Shown here: positions 1-9,032 of the stretch, piece after piece
Layout of the letters: each line of letters starts with the position of its first letter
Position numbering within the stretch: position 1 is the first letter of the stretch
Source: Nitrospirota bacterium
GTDB taxonomy: Bacteria; Nitrospirota; Thermodesulfovibrionia; Thermodesulfovibrionales; Dissulfurispiraceae
Length of the DNA stretch: 37,189 nt
Reading direction: 5' to 3'
NCBI GenBank assembly: GCA_040758355.1
Contig: JBFLWF010000022.1
Span: 1 to 37,189 of the forward strand
Notes under the pieces: model-generated
Told to the model about the DNA's origin: nothing
The model's input: only the letters and a program-made list of their open reading frames with translations
Database searches by the model: none
Program-made: the position numbers and the translations under genes

Positions 1-97
1 TTTTTTCCCATACGGTAATCATACGGATTTTCTCGCCCCTTTGAAAGCTCTTTCCCCATTATTTGAAGCCATGTTATACCGCTTCAAGTCCATCGGT

Positions 98-646
98 TTA
101 CCCACTCTCTTCCACGATGAGCCCAAAATGTTTTGCAATGTAATTGGCAAGAATAGCACCAGAAACGCCAACGGTGGCAACAATCATAGTGCCATAGCCC
201 CGTGAATGTTTCGGAAGGTTTTCGAGCACAAGTGTTACCCCTGCTCCAAGCTCTCCAGCCAGCCCGATTCCTGCAATGAATCTCCATACAGCATAGCTTT
301 GGATTGAATCAACAAAGCCATTGGCAATATTTGCTATGGAATACAGAAATATCGAGCCGAACAGTATTTTCACCCTTCCTTTTTTGTCTCCGAGTATTCC
401 CCATAAGATGCCGCCGAGGAGCATGCCAGCCATCTGCATATTCAGAAGGAAAACCCCTTTATCGAGAATATCCTGTCCTGCAAGTCCTATGGATTTAAGG
501 CTCTGAACCCTCACAATGCTGAAGAGTATGAGGTCATAGATATCGACAAAATATCCGAGGGCAGCAACTATGACAGGGACAGAGAGCAGATCTCTGCTGA
601 AGCTCACCCTTTCTTCAGGCAATGCAGAAATTTCAAAATCTTTCAT
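98..646 (-). pseudogene. MFS transporter, C-terminally truncated (N-terminal half only)
   Basis: MFS motifs ALGYFVDIYD, GILGDKKGR (motif A) and WRFIAGIGLAGELG. The ORF ends after about 182 aa (KHFGLIVEESG*), whereas MFS proteins are about 400 aa. Confidence 0.7.
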
Positions 647-829
647 CTCGAATATCTCCATATATAGCAGCAGGATTGGGTTGACTTGAAGCAAAATTTC
701 TGAGTTCTCCGAGGGGCAAAGTAACGACTGCCCCTTACCTCTGCACTGAGAAAACTTTTATATTCTATTCCACTTTTCATAAAGCACAAAGAACTAATTA
801 ATTTTGCGAAAGTCGGCACAACCCTGCTG

Positions 830-1651
830 CTACTGCTCCAGCGATTTATCATAAAGCTCTTTTTTGCTGAGGCCGTAAGCCTCCGCAACCATCTTGACAG
901 CCTCTTTCCTGCCCTTTCCCCTCTTCATAAGGGACTTAATCTCTTCAAGTGCCTCGTCCATTGTCACGCCTTCCCTCTTTTTACCTTCGACTATTATTAC
1001 ATATTCCCCTGCAATAGTCCTGTTTTCAAGAATATTGAGGATTTCGGATATAGTTCCTCGCAATATCTCCTCGTGCATCTTCGTGATTTCCTTTGCAAGC
1101 ACTGCATTTCTTTCCGCAAATATCTCTTTCATATCCGAAAGCATGTCCAATATCCTATGAGGCGCTTCATAAAATATTAGGGTTCTCGGCTCAAGCGCAA
1201 GCTCATTTAACCTTTTCTGTCTCTGTGCAGTCTTTGGAGGCAGAAAGCCTATAAATGTGAACTCCTCTGTTGAAAGCCCTGATGCAGAAAGGGCTGCGAT
1301 GGCTGCAGACGGCCCAGGGATCGGCACAACATCTATTCCTTCATCTATCGCCCTTTTTATAAGCACCGCACCCGGGTCTGATATGCCGGGAGTCCCTGCA
1401 TCCGAGATAATGGCAATAGATAATCCTGAGCGCAGCTTTTCTATCATCTCTTCTGACCTGACCTTCTCTTTTTCAGACCAATAACTGATCATGGGCTTTG
1501 TTATACCGTAATGGGTGAGGAGCTTACGGGAGTGCCTCGTGTCCTCTGCGGCAATAACATCAACCTCTTTTAAAACCCTTATCGCCCTTAGGGTTATGTC
1601 CTCAAGGTTTCCAATTGGAGTCGAGACAATGTATAGCTTTCCGTAAGGCAT
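830..1651 (-). CDS. rsmI: 16S rRNA (cytidine1402-2'-O)-methyltransferase
   Basis: LYIVSTPIGNLEDITLRA, AAEDTR, SDAGTPGISDPG, YEAPHR and ITKMHEE motifs. Confidence 0.95.
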   Translation of the reverse strand: MPYGKLYIVSTPIGNLEDITLRAIRVLKEVDVIAAEDTRHSRKLLTHYGITKPMISYWSEKEKVRSEEMIEKLRSGLSIAIISDAGTPGISDPGAVLIKRAIDEGIDVVPIPGPSAAIAALSASGLSTEEFTFIGFLPPKTAQRQKRLNELALEPRTLIFYEAPHRILDMLSDMKEIFAERNAVLAKEITKMHEEILRGTISEILNILENRTIAGEYVIIVEGKKREGVTMDEALEEIKSLMKRGKGRKEAVKMVAEAYGLSKKELYDKSLEQ

Positions 1652-1662
1652 TCATCATAAGC

Positions 1663-1689
1663 CGTAAGGGGGACTTTGTCCCCCTTACG
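1663..1689. repeat. Perfect 12-bp GC-rich hairpin (REP-like or terminator) just upstream of rsmI
   Basis: CGTAAGGGGGAC-TTT-GTCCCCCTTACG. Confidence 0.7.
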
Positions 1690-1755
1690 AAATCCCCCTT
1701 TTATAACTTCCTGTCACTGCTTGATTTTCTATTATTTCCTATGGATTAAAGGCAC

Positions 1756-2229
1756 CTATTTGGTAAAAGTGCCTTTAAAACAGACAAGCCATTTGATATG
1801 TGCCTTTTCCTCATTAATAATATCTTCTACAATCTCTTTTTCTTTCACTGCATCCTTTATCCCGTGGAAATAAAGCAGTGTCTCTTTTTCAAAACCGATC
1901 GCAAAATCCACTGCATCGTTCGCTGTTTTTATCTTTTCCATGGATGGAAGTGATTTGTTTTTGCCAAGAAAGAATTCCGATTCCACAACTGCCCTCATAT
2001 ACTGGGATATATCTTCCCATCCCTCGGGCTCGTTGTCTCCGAGAAGTCCTAAAAGTTCCGAGAATGTCTTTTCGTGATTCAACTCTTTTTCCGCAAGGGT
2101 CGTGAAGAGCTTATACAGGTCTTCATTTTCCTTCCTGAATTTCTCCGCCATCGTGGTATAAAACTGATAGCCCAGCTTCTCTGTCTGAACTGCCTGCCCG
2201 ACAACCTCTCTGATCGAAAATTTCTCCAT
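1756..2229 (-). CDS. Ferritin-like / rubrerythrin-family protein
   Basis: ExxGxxFY, EKELNH, AIGFEKETLLYF and EEKAH diiron-type motifs. GGAGG RBS precedes the ATG at 2229. Confidence 0.85.
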   Translation of the reverse strand: MEKFSIREVVGQAVQTEKLGYQFYTTMAEKFRKENEDLYKLFTTLAEKELNHEKTFSELLGLLGDNEPEGWEDISQYMRAVVESEFFLGKNKSLPSMEKIKTANDAVDFAIGFEKETLLYFHGIKDAVKEKEIVEDIINEEKAHIKWLVCFKGTFTK

Positions 2230-2246
2230 AATAGTCCTCCATCTTG

Positions 2247-2285
2247 TCATTAAGTTATTAAGCAATTAAGTTATTAAGTTATTAA
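2247..2285. repeat. Degenerate tandem 8-mer repeat (TAAGTTAT)n
   Basis: tcattaagttattaagcaattaagttattaagttattaa. Confidence 0.8.
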
Positions 2286-2287
2286 AA

Positions 2288-2387
2288 ACCCAAGCTGAGC
2301 GATTCTAATCTCAGAGTTATATGTCAGGTGCTGCGAAAAGAGGCGGCTTTGAGCAGTGCCTGACATATAAAATCGCTCAACTTAGGT
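2288..2387. repeat. Bulged-hairpin element, copy A (no core)
   Basis: Outer stem TGAGCGATT/AATCGCTCA, 12-nt one-sided bulge, inner stem TTATATGTCAGGTGCTGC/GCAGTGCCTGACATATAA, apex AAAG-AGGCGG-CTTT. Confidence 0.85.
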
Positions 2388-2390
2388 AAA

Positions 2391-2657
2391 TTACTCTATT
2401 TTTAATAGTTTTCTCAAGCGCCTGTCTGCCTGAAACACCTCATCTACATTGTCTCCTGTCATTTCCCAAGAATACTCGCCCTTTGCATTTCTGTGGAGCT
2501 TTATCCTGACAGGCTTCTTCGGCTTTACCTGCTGGATCTGCGAGTCTTTGCTGAACTGGAACTGCTGGCTTTTCTCAGCACCTCCAGCATGGTAAGGCAA
2601 TGTAAAAATCAGAAGACAGACGATTGAAGTCAGAACACAGACATATTTAAAACCCAA
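2391..2657 (-). CDS. Small exported hypothetical protein
   Basis: Hydrophobic N-terminus followed by KPKKPVRIKLHRNAKGEYSWEMTGDNVDEV. Start uncertain: TTG at 2657 follows AGGAG; ATG at 2690 is the alternative. Confidence 0.65.
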   Translation of the reverse strand: MGFKYVCVLTSIVCLLIFTLPYHAGGAEKSQQFQFSKDSQIQQVKPKKPVRIKLHRNAKGEYSWEMTGDNVDEVFQADRRLRKLLKIE

Positions 2658-2867
2658 ATTAAGCGCTCCTAAACTATGAATATATGTCATGCATGGCGAA
2701 AAGACTTTAAACCCCGCACTTGTTAAAACATTTATCTTGTATCCGTCATCTACTACATTGGATATTTGTTGGATGATGCATTTATTATCTCTCATATTCA
2801 CTTGAACCAACACTTTTTAAAGTCTTTGAGCCGTGCCTGACATATATAAAATCGCTCATTTTATGTT
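2650..2867. repeat. Bulged-hairpin element, copy B, carrying a 128-bp core (2700-2827)
   Basis: Arms align with copy A. The core is bounded by AAAGACTTTA/TAAAGTCTTT and is homologous to 28805-28932. Confidence 0.85.
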
Positions 2868-2878
2868 TAATTTTGCTA

Positions 2879-4618
2879 TTACCAGCTCCTGTACCTGTTC
2901 GTTATCGGGAATCTCCTGTCCCTGCCGAATGCCCTCGGAGTTATCTTTATTCCCGGTGGAGACTGCCTTCTCTTGTATTCGCTGGTATCCACCATCTTGA
3001 TGACCTTTCTTGCACACTCCTCTTCGCAGCCGAGATTGACTATCTCGTCAAAGCTCCTGTCTTCTTCTATATATGCCTTTAGTATAGGGTCGAGAATTTC
3101 ATAAGGAGGTAAGGTATCGGTATCCTTCTGACCTGGTTTTAATTCAGCAGATGGCTCTTTCAATAAAACCCTTTCGGGTATTATAACCCTTCCTTCCTTC
3201 TGGTTTTTCCATTTGCATATCCCGTACACCAGTGTCTTTGGAACATCTTTAATTACAGCAAATCCACCTGCCATATCCCCATAGAGGGTTGCGTATCCCA
3301 CGCTCATCTCAGATTTATTCCCTGTTGTCAGTACGAGCCACCCGAATTTATTGGAAAATGCCATGAGGATATTCCCTCTTATACGCGCCTGAAGGTTTTC
3401 TTCTGTTGTGCCAACCGGCATATCCTTGAATTCCGGTTTTAATGTATTCAGATAGGTCTCAAAAATATTATTGATATGCACCTCAATCACATTTATTCCG
3501 AGATTCTTTGCAAGCCCATATGCATCCTCCCTGCTCTCCTTTGAGGTATACGGTGAAGGCATGAATACTCCTGTAACATTGTCCTTACCTATGGCATCTA
3601 CAGCAATGGCAGCAACCAGAGAAGAATCTATTCCTCCGCTTAAACCAATGCACACCTTTTTAAATCCGTTCTTGCAAACATAATCCCTTGTGCCGAGGAC
3701 AAGGGCATTATAGACCTCTTCTTCCAAAGAGTAAGGAAGCGCAGTAGTGCAGAGATGCGGAAACGACTTCCGTGCTCCTGCACTTCCGATCTCCCGCTCT
3801 ATGGTTATCCTTTCCACCATCCCCTTTCCCAGTGCAATAACCTGCTGTCTCCTGCGCGGGTTGTGCAGCCTCTTCATGAATACCGCATCCAGATCCAGAT
3901 CAACGATGATCAAATCCTCGTCAAATTGCCTGGCTGAAGCAATGACCTCTCCATCATGGTCAACTACAAAACTCCGCCCGTCAAAGATAAGTTCGTCCTG
4001 TCCTCCAATGGTATTCAAATAAGCCACAATGACGCTGCTGTCGGATGCACGCGTGGATAACATCTTCTCCCTGAAGCAGGTCTTTCCGATATGATAAGGG
4101 GAGGCATTGATATTGATTATAAACTCTGCGCCTGATAATGCCTGAATGGTAGCAGGCCCCTCAGGATACCAGATATCCTCGCAGATATTGACGCCGAAAA
4201 TTACGCCATCCATCTTATATACGGGATACCTCGTCCCTGCCTGAAAATACCTGTATTCATCGAACACGCCGTAATTAGGCAGGTGCACCTTATGGTAAAC
4301 ATCGATAATCTCTTTTTTGTGGATAATTGCAGCGGCATTGTATATGTCGTCCTTTTTATCCACGAACCCCACGATTACGACAAAATCATCTACCCTCTCC
4401 TGAATCTCCCTCAGGGCATTTAAGTTGTCTTCTATGAACTGGGGTTTTAAAAGCAGGTCTTCAGGCGGATAGCCTGTGATGGCGAGCTCTGGAAAGGCTA
4501 TTATATCGGGATTGTATTTGCCGGCATCCCCGATGAACTTGATTATCTTTTTAACATTCCCACTAAAATCGCCGACTGTCGGGTTAATCTGGCAAAGGGC
4601 AATCCTCGCTGTTTTCAT
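2879..4618 (-). CDS. nadE: Glutamine-dependent NAD+ synthetase
   Basis: Nitrilase domain ([20 protein letters not shown]) plus synthetase domain ([29 protein letters not shown]). Confidence 0.95.
   Translation of the reverse strand: MKTARIALCQINPTVGDFSGNVKKIIKFIGDAGKYNPDIIAFPELAITGYPPEDLLLKPQFIEDNLNALREIQERVDDFVVIVGFVDKKDDIYNAAAIIHKKEIIDVYHKVHLPNYGVFDEYRYFQAGTRYPVYKMDGVIFGVNICEDIWYPEGPATIQALSGAEFIININASPYHIGKTCFREKMLSTRASDSSVIVAYLNTIGGQDELIFDGRSFVVDHDGEVIASARQFDEDLIIVDLDLDAVFMKRLHNPRRRQQVIALGKGMVERITIEREIGSAGARKSFPHLCTTALPYSLEEEVYNALVLGTRDYVCKNGFKKVCIGLSGGIDSSLVAAIAVDAIGKDNVTGVFMPSPYTSKESREDAYGLAKNLGINVIEVHINNIFETYLNTLKPEFKDMPVGTTEENLQARIRGNILMAFSNKFGWLVLTTGNKSEMSVGYATLYGDMAGGFAVIKDVPKTLVYGICKWKNQKEGRVIIPERVLLKEPSAELKPGQKDTDTLPPYEILDPILKAYIEEDRSFDEIVNLGCEEECARKVIKMVDTSEYKRRQSPPGIKITPRAFGRDRRFPITNRYRSW
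3735..3788. repeat. Head-to-head degenerate 8-mer repeats forming a hairpin, in frame within the nadE interdomain linker
   Basis: ggaagcgcagtagtgcagagatgcggaa ... ttccgtgctcctgcacttcc, encoding [18 protein letters not shown]. Confidence 0.6.
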
Positions 4619-4635
4619 GTAATGATTTTACCACA

Positions 4636-5298
4636 CTACTCTACCCATTTCACTATTTCATTGATATCGATCCTGTCGGTCCTGAAGCTGTTTGCCTTAT
4701 CTGCAAGGTCTGGATAACCAATAGATATGCCTAAAACAAGCCTCTTTGATTCTGGTATGCCGAGGAATTCCTTAACAACAAAGGAATAATCGGTAAGAAA
4801 TGCCTGCGGCACAGTTCCAAGACCATTTGCATGGGCTGCAAGCATAAGGCCATGTGCAAACAGACCCATGTCGAACAATGACCAGAGCGGAAGGGAAGCA
4901 TCCTGAAAAAGAAATATGCCATGGGGAGCTCCGTAAAACCTGAAATTCGCTATCTTTGCCTTCTTTATGTATGCCGGCTCGCTAAAATCTATACCGAATT
5001 TCTCGCTCCTCTTCCTGAAAAGCTCCCGTATCCTCAGGTCGATATGAGAAGGCCATGATTCAGGTTCGGGGATATCGGGCTTTGGTTTTTCACCACTTTC
5101 GAAAATATCCACAAGCCGCTTTGATAGTTCATCTTTTTTTGCGCCGGACACTATTACAGCCTCCCATGGCTGTGTATTCTTATAAGAAGGGCTCCTCTTC
5201 GCTGTATCAAAAACATCCATGAGTACTTCCTTCGGTACAGGCTCAGGCTTGAACTTTCTGATGCTCATCCTCGTCTTAATGCATTCAACCGCGTCCAT
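4636..5298 (-). CDS. Nitroreductase family protein
   Basis: RMSIRKF, SPSYKNTQPW and GLGTVPQ...GYP motifs. Confidence 0.9.
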   Translation of the reverse strand: MDAVECIKTRMSIRKFKPEPVPKEVLMDVFDTAKRSPSYKNTQPWEAVIVSGAKKDELSKRLVDIFESGEKPKPDIPEPESWPSHIDLRIRELFRKRSEKFGIDFSEPAYIKKAKIANFRFYGAPHGIFLFQDASLPLWSLFDMGLFAHGLMLAAHANGLGTVPQAFLTDYSFVVKEFLGIPESKRLVLGISIGYPDLADKANSFRTDRIDINEIVKWVE

Positions 5299-5359
5299 AA
5301 CTCCTCCTATAGTTCTGATAGTATGGCAAGGCTGTTTCGATGCAAAACTTCTGGGTTCT

Positions 5360-5881
5360 CTAAGGGCGAAGAATGCTAAGCAGCCTTCTCGCCATCATAA
5401 AGATTCTCAAATATTTTTCGTCCTGATAATCTTTATATGTATTTATGTGCGGAATAAATTGACCTTTTTTAAAGATCAATGTCACCTCTGCATAAATACC
5501 GTCCTTAAGATATATTCTGTGGGAATAATCCTTTGTAGAGGCAAGTACGATCTTTGCCGGCGTCAGATAACCGGGATCAAGATTAATATTCCTTTTTCCA
5601 TCAGATGAAAGATTTTTCTCTATCTCATTCGTTGTCAGTTTTATTGTGGAGAGGTTTTCCTGTTCCATCAGGTTTTTGAAAAATATAAACCTCCTGTAGA
5701 CAGGCTCGCCCAGTTCATCTTTATAATAGTCTGAGAATTCCCACCTTATTACAGGAGTCTCCATAACAATCTCTCCGAATATCCTTTCCAGTGATTGTCG
5801 TGCCTCAATGTAATAATCTTCGTTTGAAAAGAGGGTGCCTATAAAGAGAAGTGCTTTCTCAGGAGGGGTTGGGGATCCCAT
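5360..5881 (-). CDS. DUF4416 family protein
   Basis: DYYKDELG, RNINLDPGYL and ASTKDYSHRIYL..GIYAEVTL motifs. Confidence 0.8.
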   Translation of the reverse strand: MGSPTPPEKALLFIGTLFSNEDYYIEARQSLERIFGEIVMETPVIRWEFSDYYKDELGEPVYRRFIFFKNLMEQENLSTIKLTTNEIEKNLSSDGKRNINLDPGYLTPAKIVLASTKDYSHRIYLKDGIYAEVTLIFKKGQFIPHINTYKDYQDEKYLRIFMMARRLLSILRP

Positions 5882-5889
5882 CTACTCAT

Positions 5890-6414
5890 TCACTCATTAA
5901 CAAGCTTAGCAATGAATGCCCTTACATCAGGTGAGCCCCAATTGATAGGGCCGACTACCTTTTCCTTTATTATTCCATTCTTGTTTATCACAAAGGTCTC
6001 GGGAACGCCTGTAATTCCGTATTCCCGCGATACATTTTTATCATCGATCAGCACAGGGAAGTTAAACCCGTTCGCCTTCATATATTCCATCACACTTGAA
6101 GGATTGTCTTTGTATAGCACAGAGATAAAAACAAGATTGCTGTTTCCCTTTTCGGCCTCCACGAGGCCCTGAATGGATGGGTTCTCCATCCGGCAGGTGT
6201 CTCACCACGACGCCCAGAAATGAAGGAGAACAGTCTTCCCCTTCAAATCAGACATCCTCCATATTTTGCCTTCCATATCTTTCAACTCAAACGCAGGCGC
6301 ATCGAGTCCTTTAGCTGCGTGTTTCTGCGGATGCTCTCCGGTTCTTGCAAGAAAAAGCACCGCTGCTATGCCCACAGCAAAAACAACCGCCAATACAAAT
6401 CCTTTGCTCTTCAT
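5890..6414 (-). CDS. TlpA/ResA-family thiol:disulfide oxidoreductase, selenoprotein (Sec at UGA 6202-6204, UxxC)
   Basis: ORFs 6202..6450 and 5890..6189 are in the same frame: TTC TGG GCG TCG TGG TGA GAC ACC TGC = FWASW-U-DTC, with cis-Pro motif GVPET downstream. Total 174 aa from the ATG at 6414, which has a GGAG RBS. Confidence 0.88.
6163..6201 (-). promoter_or_regulatory. Putative bacterial SECIS hairpin
   Basis: Upper stem GGAUGG-AGAAC-CCAUCC begins 10 nt after the UGA; lower stem CCUG/CAGG; G in the apical loop. Confidence 0.7.
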
Positions 6415-6429
6415 ATAATCTCCATGAAA

Positions 6430-6480
6430 TAAGTCATTGCAGTTACTCAATTACTTAATTTCTTAATGACTTAATGACTT
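6430..6480. repeat. Degenerate tandem 8-mer repeat (TGACTTAA-type) with one inverted unit
   Basis: taagtcatt ... ttactcaa ttacttaa tttcttaa tgacttaa tgactt. Confidence 0.75.
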
Positions 6481-8933
6481 TAATTGACCGATACCAGCAT
6501 CGATTCTTCTGCTTCCACAAAAACAGGCTTATCATGTTCGAGGTTTACCTTTACCACAGGCGTATTCTTGAACCTGCCCTTTATCAGTTCCTCGGAGAGG
6601 TAATCCTCTATTTCGCGGGCAATGGCCCTTCTCATCGGCCTTGCGCCATAGGCGGGCTGATAATATTTATTGAGCAGCCATTCTTTAACCTCGGGAGATA
6701 CATCTATGGTCAATGCATGCTCTGTAAGCTTCTTATTTGTCTCTGTCAGCAGGAGATCGACAATCGACAACAGGTGCTCCTTTTCCAGCGGATGGAAGAC
6801 TACTGTCTCATCGACACGGTTAAGGAACTCCGGATTAAAGGTCTTCTTCAACTCGGACAGAACATTGTCCTTCATCTTGTTGTATGCATCTTCTGACGAT
6901 GCCCTGTAAAATCCAAGCGGTGTTGCCTTTTCGATAATCCTCGCACCCAGATTGGATGTCATAATGATTATGGTATTCCTGAAATCCACTTTTCTGCCGT
7001 AACTGTCCGTAAGCACTCCTTCATCCAGTATCTGGAGGAGCATGTTAAAGACATCCTGATGCGCCTTTTCTATCTCGTCAAAAAGGATTACCGCGTATGG
7101 CCTTTTGCGAATCTTCTCTGTAAGTTGTCCACCCTCTTCATAACCCACATAGCCTGGAGGTGCGCCTGTCAGGCGTGATACATTGAACCTCTCCATGTAC
7201 TCTGACATGTCGAGCTTCACGAGTGCGCTTTCGTCATTGAACATGAACTCTGCAAGGGTCTTTGCAAGCTCTGTCTTTCCAACGCCTGTCGGGCCGAGGA
7301 AGAAGAATGAGCCGATTGGCCTGTTCTTGCTCTTCAAGCCCGCCCTTGACCTGCGGATTGCCTTTGCCACAGCCTTTATGGCATCGTCCTGTCCGATTAT
7401 CCTCCTGTGCAGGGTCTCTTCCATTTTCAAAAGCTTCTCCGACTCTGCCTCTTCAAGCTTATAAAGCGGTATACCTGTCATCTTCGAAACAGTGTATGCT
7501 ATGTCTTCCTCTCCCACAACAGGAACTTCCTTGTTCAAAGAATCCTTCCACTTCTTGTACTGAAGTTCATAGGTTTTTTTGAGTCTGTCTTCCTGAGCCC
7601 TGATAGCCTGGGCCTTTTCTATATCGTGCAGTCTCACATAGAGGCTCTTTTCCTTTGCAAGTTGAATCAACTCGGTTTCCATATCCCGCAGATCCTGAGG
7701 GGTTGTTGCCCTTTTGAGCTTAAGCCTCGAACCTGTTTCATCAATCACATCTATCGCCTTATCAGGCAGGTATCTGTCTGTTATATACCTGTCAGAGAGC
7801 TTTGCTGCGGCCACAACTGCTTCGTCGCTGATCTTCACCTTGTGGTGGCTCTCATACTTGGGCCTTATGCCTTTTAAAATCTCGATAGTCGTATCTTCGC
7901 TCGGCGCCTGGATATAAATGGGCTGGAATCTCCTCTCAAGGGCGCCGTCCTTCTCTATATATTTCCTGTATTCATCGGGTGTAGTCGCACCTATGCACTG
8001 CAGCTCTCCCCTTGAAAGTGCAGGCTTCAGCATATTGGATGCGTCAACAGATCCTTCTGCAGCACCGGCTCCGATAAGGGTATGAAACTCGTCGACAAAC
8101 AGGATGATATTCTTGTCAGACTGCAGTATCTCGCGCATTACTGCCTTAAGCCTCTCCTCAAACTGGCCCCTGTATTTTGTACCGGCAATAAGGGCGCCGA
8201 GGTCAAGGGATATTATCCTTTTCCCTATGAGGCTGTCGGGCACGTCTCCCACAATTATCTTCTGTGCGAGCCCTTCTACAATGGCGGTCTTTCCGACACC
8301 CGGCTCTCCGATTATGGCAGGGTTGTTTTTCAGCCTTCTGCCAATGACCTGAATTACACGCTCTATTTCGTCCTCCCTGCCTATAACAGGATCGAGTTTT
8401 CCCTCGACAGCAAGGAGTGTGAGGTCCCTGCCGAATTCATCGAGGGCAGGCGTGTTTGTCTTCCTGCGCTCTTTCTGGTGTGTCTGCTGGAATTGCGGTT
8501 TAATGGCAAGGTTTATGGTCAGCTGTCTTGCACCGAGCAGATTCGCACCAAGATTTCTGAGTATCTTGCCCCCAATGCCTTCGTCTTCCCTGATAAGGCC
8601 TAAGAGGAGGTGTTCGCTTCCTATGTAGTTGTGGCCTAAAAGCCTTGCCTCTTCTATGGAGAGCTCAAGGACCTTCTTTGCCCTTGGGGTAAAGGGAATA
8701 TCCCCGAATGTCAAAAGGTTGCTGCCGACAGGCAGGTTTCTTTCCACTTCAAATCTTATTTCATCTATGGACAGCCCCATCTTTTTAAGTATGGTGATGG
8801 GAACGCTGTCTTCTTCCCTTAATATAGCCAGAAGGAGATGCTCTGTGCCCAAGTAGTCGTTATTTCTTCTCTCGGCCTCTTCTTTGGCGTATATTATTAT
8901 CTTTCTTCCTCGTTCTGTAAATTTCTCAAACAT
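6480..8933 (-). CDS. clpC: ATP-dependent Clp protease ATP-binding subunit ClpC
   Basis: Two Clp-N repeats (EHLLL), two AAA+ modules ([16 protein letters not shown]), short middle domain, ClpP-docking LGF loop. Confidence 0.93.
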   Translation of the reverse strand: MFEKFTERGRKIIIYAKEEAERRNNDYLGTEHLLLAILREEDSVPITILKKMGLSIDEIRFEVERNLPVGSNLLTFGDIPFTPRAKKVLELSIEEARLLGHNYIGSEHLLLGLIREDEGIGGKILRNLGANLLGARQLTINLAIKPQFQQTHQKERRKTNTPALDEFGRDLTLLAVEGKLDPVIGREDEIERVIQVIGRRLKNNPAIIGEPGVGKTAIVEGLAQKIIVGDVPDSLIGKRIISLDLGALIAGTKYRGQFEERLKAVMREILQSDKNIILFVDEFHTLIGAGAAEGSVDASNMLKPALSRGELQCIGATTPDEYRKYIEKDGALERRFQPIYIQAPSEDTTIEILKGIRPKYESHHKVKISDEAVVAAAKLSDRYITDRYLPDKAIDVIDETGSRLKLKRATTPQDLRDMETELIQLAKEKSLYVRLHDIEKAQAIRAQEDRLKKTYELQYKKWKDSLNKEVPVVGEEDIAYTVSKMTGIPLYKLEEAESEKLLKMEETLHRRIIGQDDAIKAVAKAIRRSRAGLKSKNRPIGSFFFLGPTGVGKTELAKTLAEFMFNDESALVKLDMSEYMERFNVSRLTGAPPGYVGYEEGGQLTEKIRKRPYAVILFDEIEKAHQDVFNMLLQILDEGVLTDSYGRKVDFRNTIIIMTSNLGARIIEKATPLGFYRASSEDAYNKMKDNVLSELKKTFNPEFLNRVDETVVFHPLEKEHLLSIVDLLLTETNKKLTEHALTIDVSPEVKEWLLNKYYQPAYGARPMRRAIAREIEDYLSEELIKGRFKNTPVVKVNLEHDKPVFVEAEESMLVSVN

Positions 8934-8992
8934 CTCTATTCTCCTTGGATAGTCTCTATAAAAATATTACTCGTTTTAAATAAAGGTTGTCA

Positions 8993-9027
8993 ATCTTGTA
9001 TCCTTAATCCGTTATCCTGTATCCTTT
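8993..9027. repeat. Degenerate tandem 7-mer (ATCCTGT)n in the clpC/priA divergent intergenic region
   Basis: atcttgt atcctta atccgtt atcctgt atccttt. Confidence 0.7.
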
Positions 9028-9032
9028 CTATT

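Noticed and set aside
712..735. AGGGGCA/TGCCCCT hairpin downstream of rsmI
   Set aside because: Only a 7-bp stem with no clear U-tract and no match to the other repeat families.
2691..2813. Peptide RDNKC.IQ..SNVVDDG.KI open in both cores; N-terminal extension of ORF 2391..2813
   Set aside because: Substitutions are not biased to synonymous sites and there is no RBS; DNA-level similarity explains it. Not fully excluded.
2700..2827. The two 128-bp cores as a DGR template/variable repeat pair or a retron msr-msd
   Set aside because: Differences are not adenine-specific, neither copy is a gene 3' end, and no reverse transcriptase is in the window.
2288..2867. Hairpin copies as integron attC sites
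   Set aside because: Ends read ACCTAAG/CTTGGGT rather than RYYYAAC/GTTRRRY, the 12-13-nt bulge is unlike attC, the flanking genes are housekeeping and no integrase is present.
5890..6450. Two separate ORFs, or a TlpA pseudogene
   Set aside because: The UGA sits at the catalytic Cys position with a SECIS-like hairpin, so Sec readthrough is the better explanation.
8838..9032. N-terminal extension of priA in the ORF track
   Set aside because: It overlaps the clpC start on the opposite strand and crosses a repeat; PriA-like sequence begins at ATG 9033.
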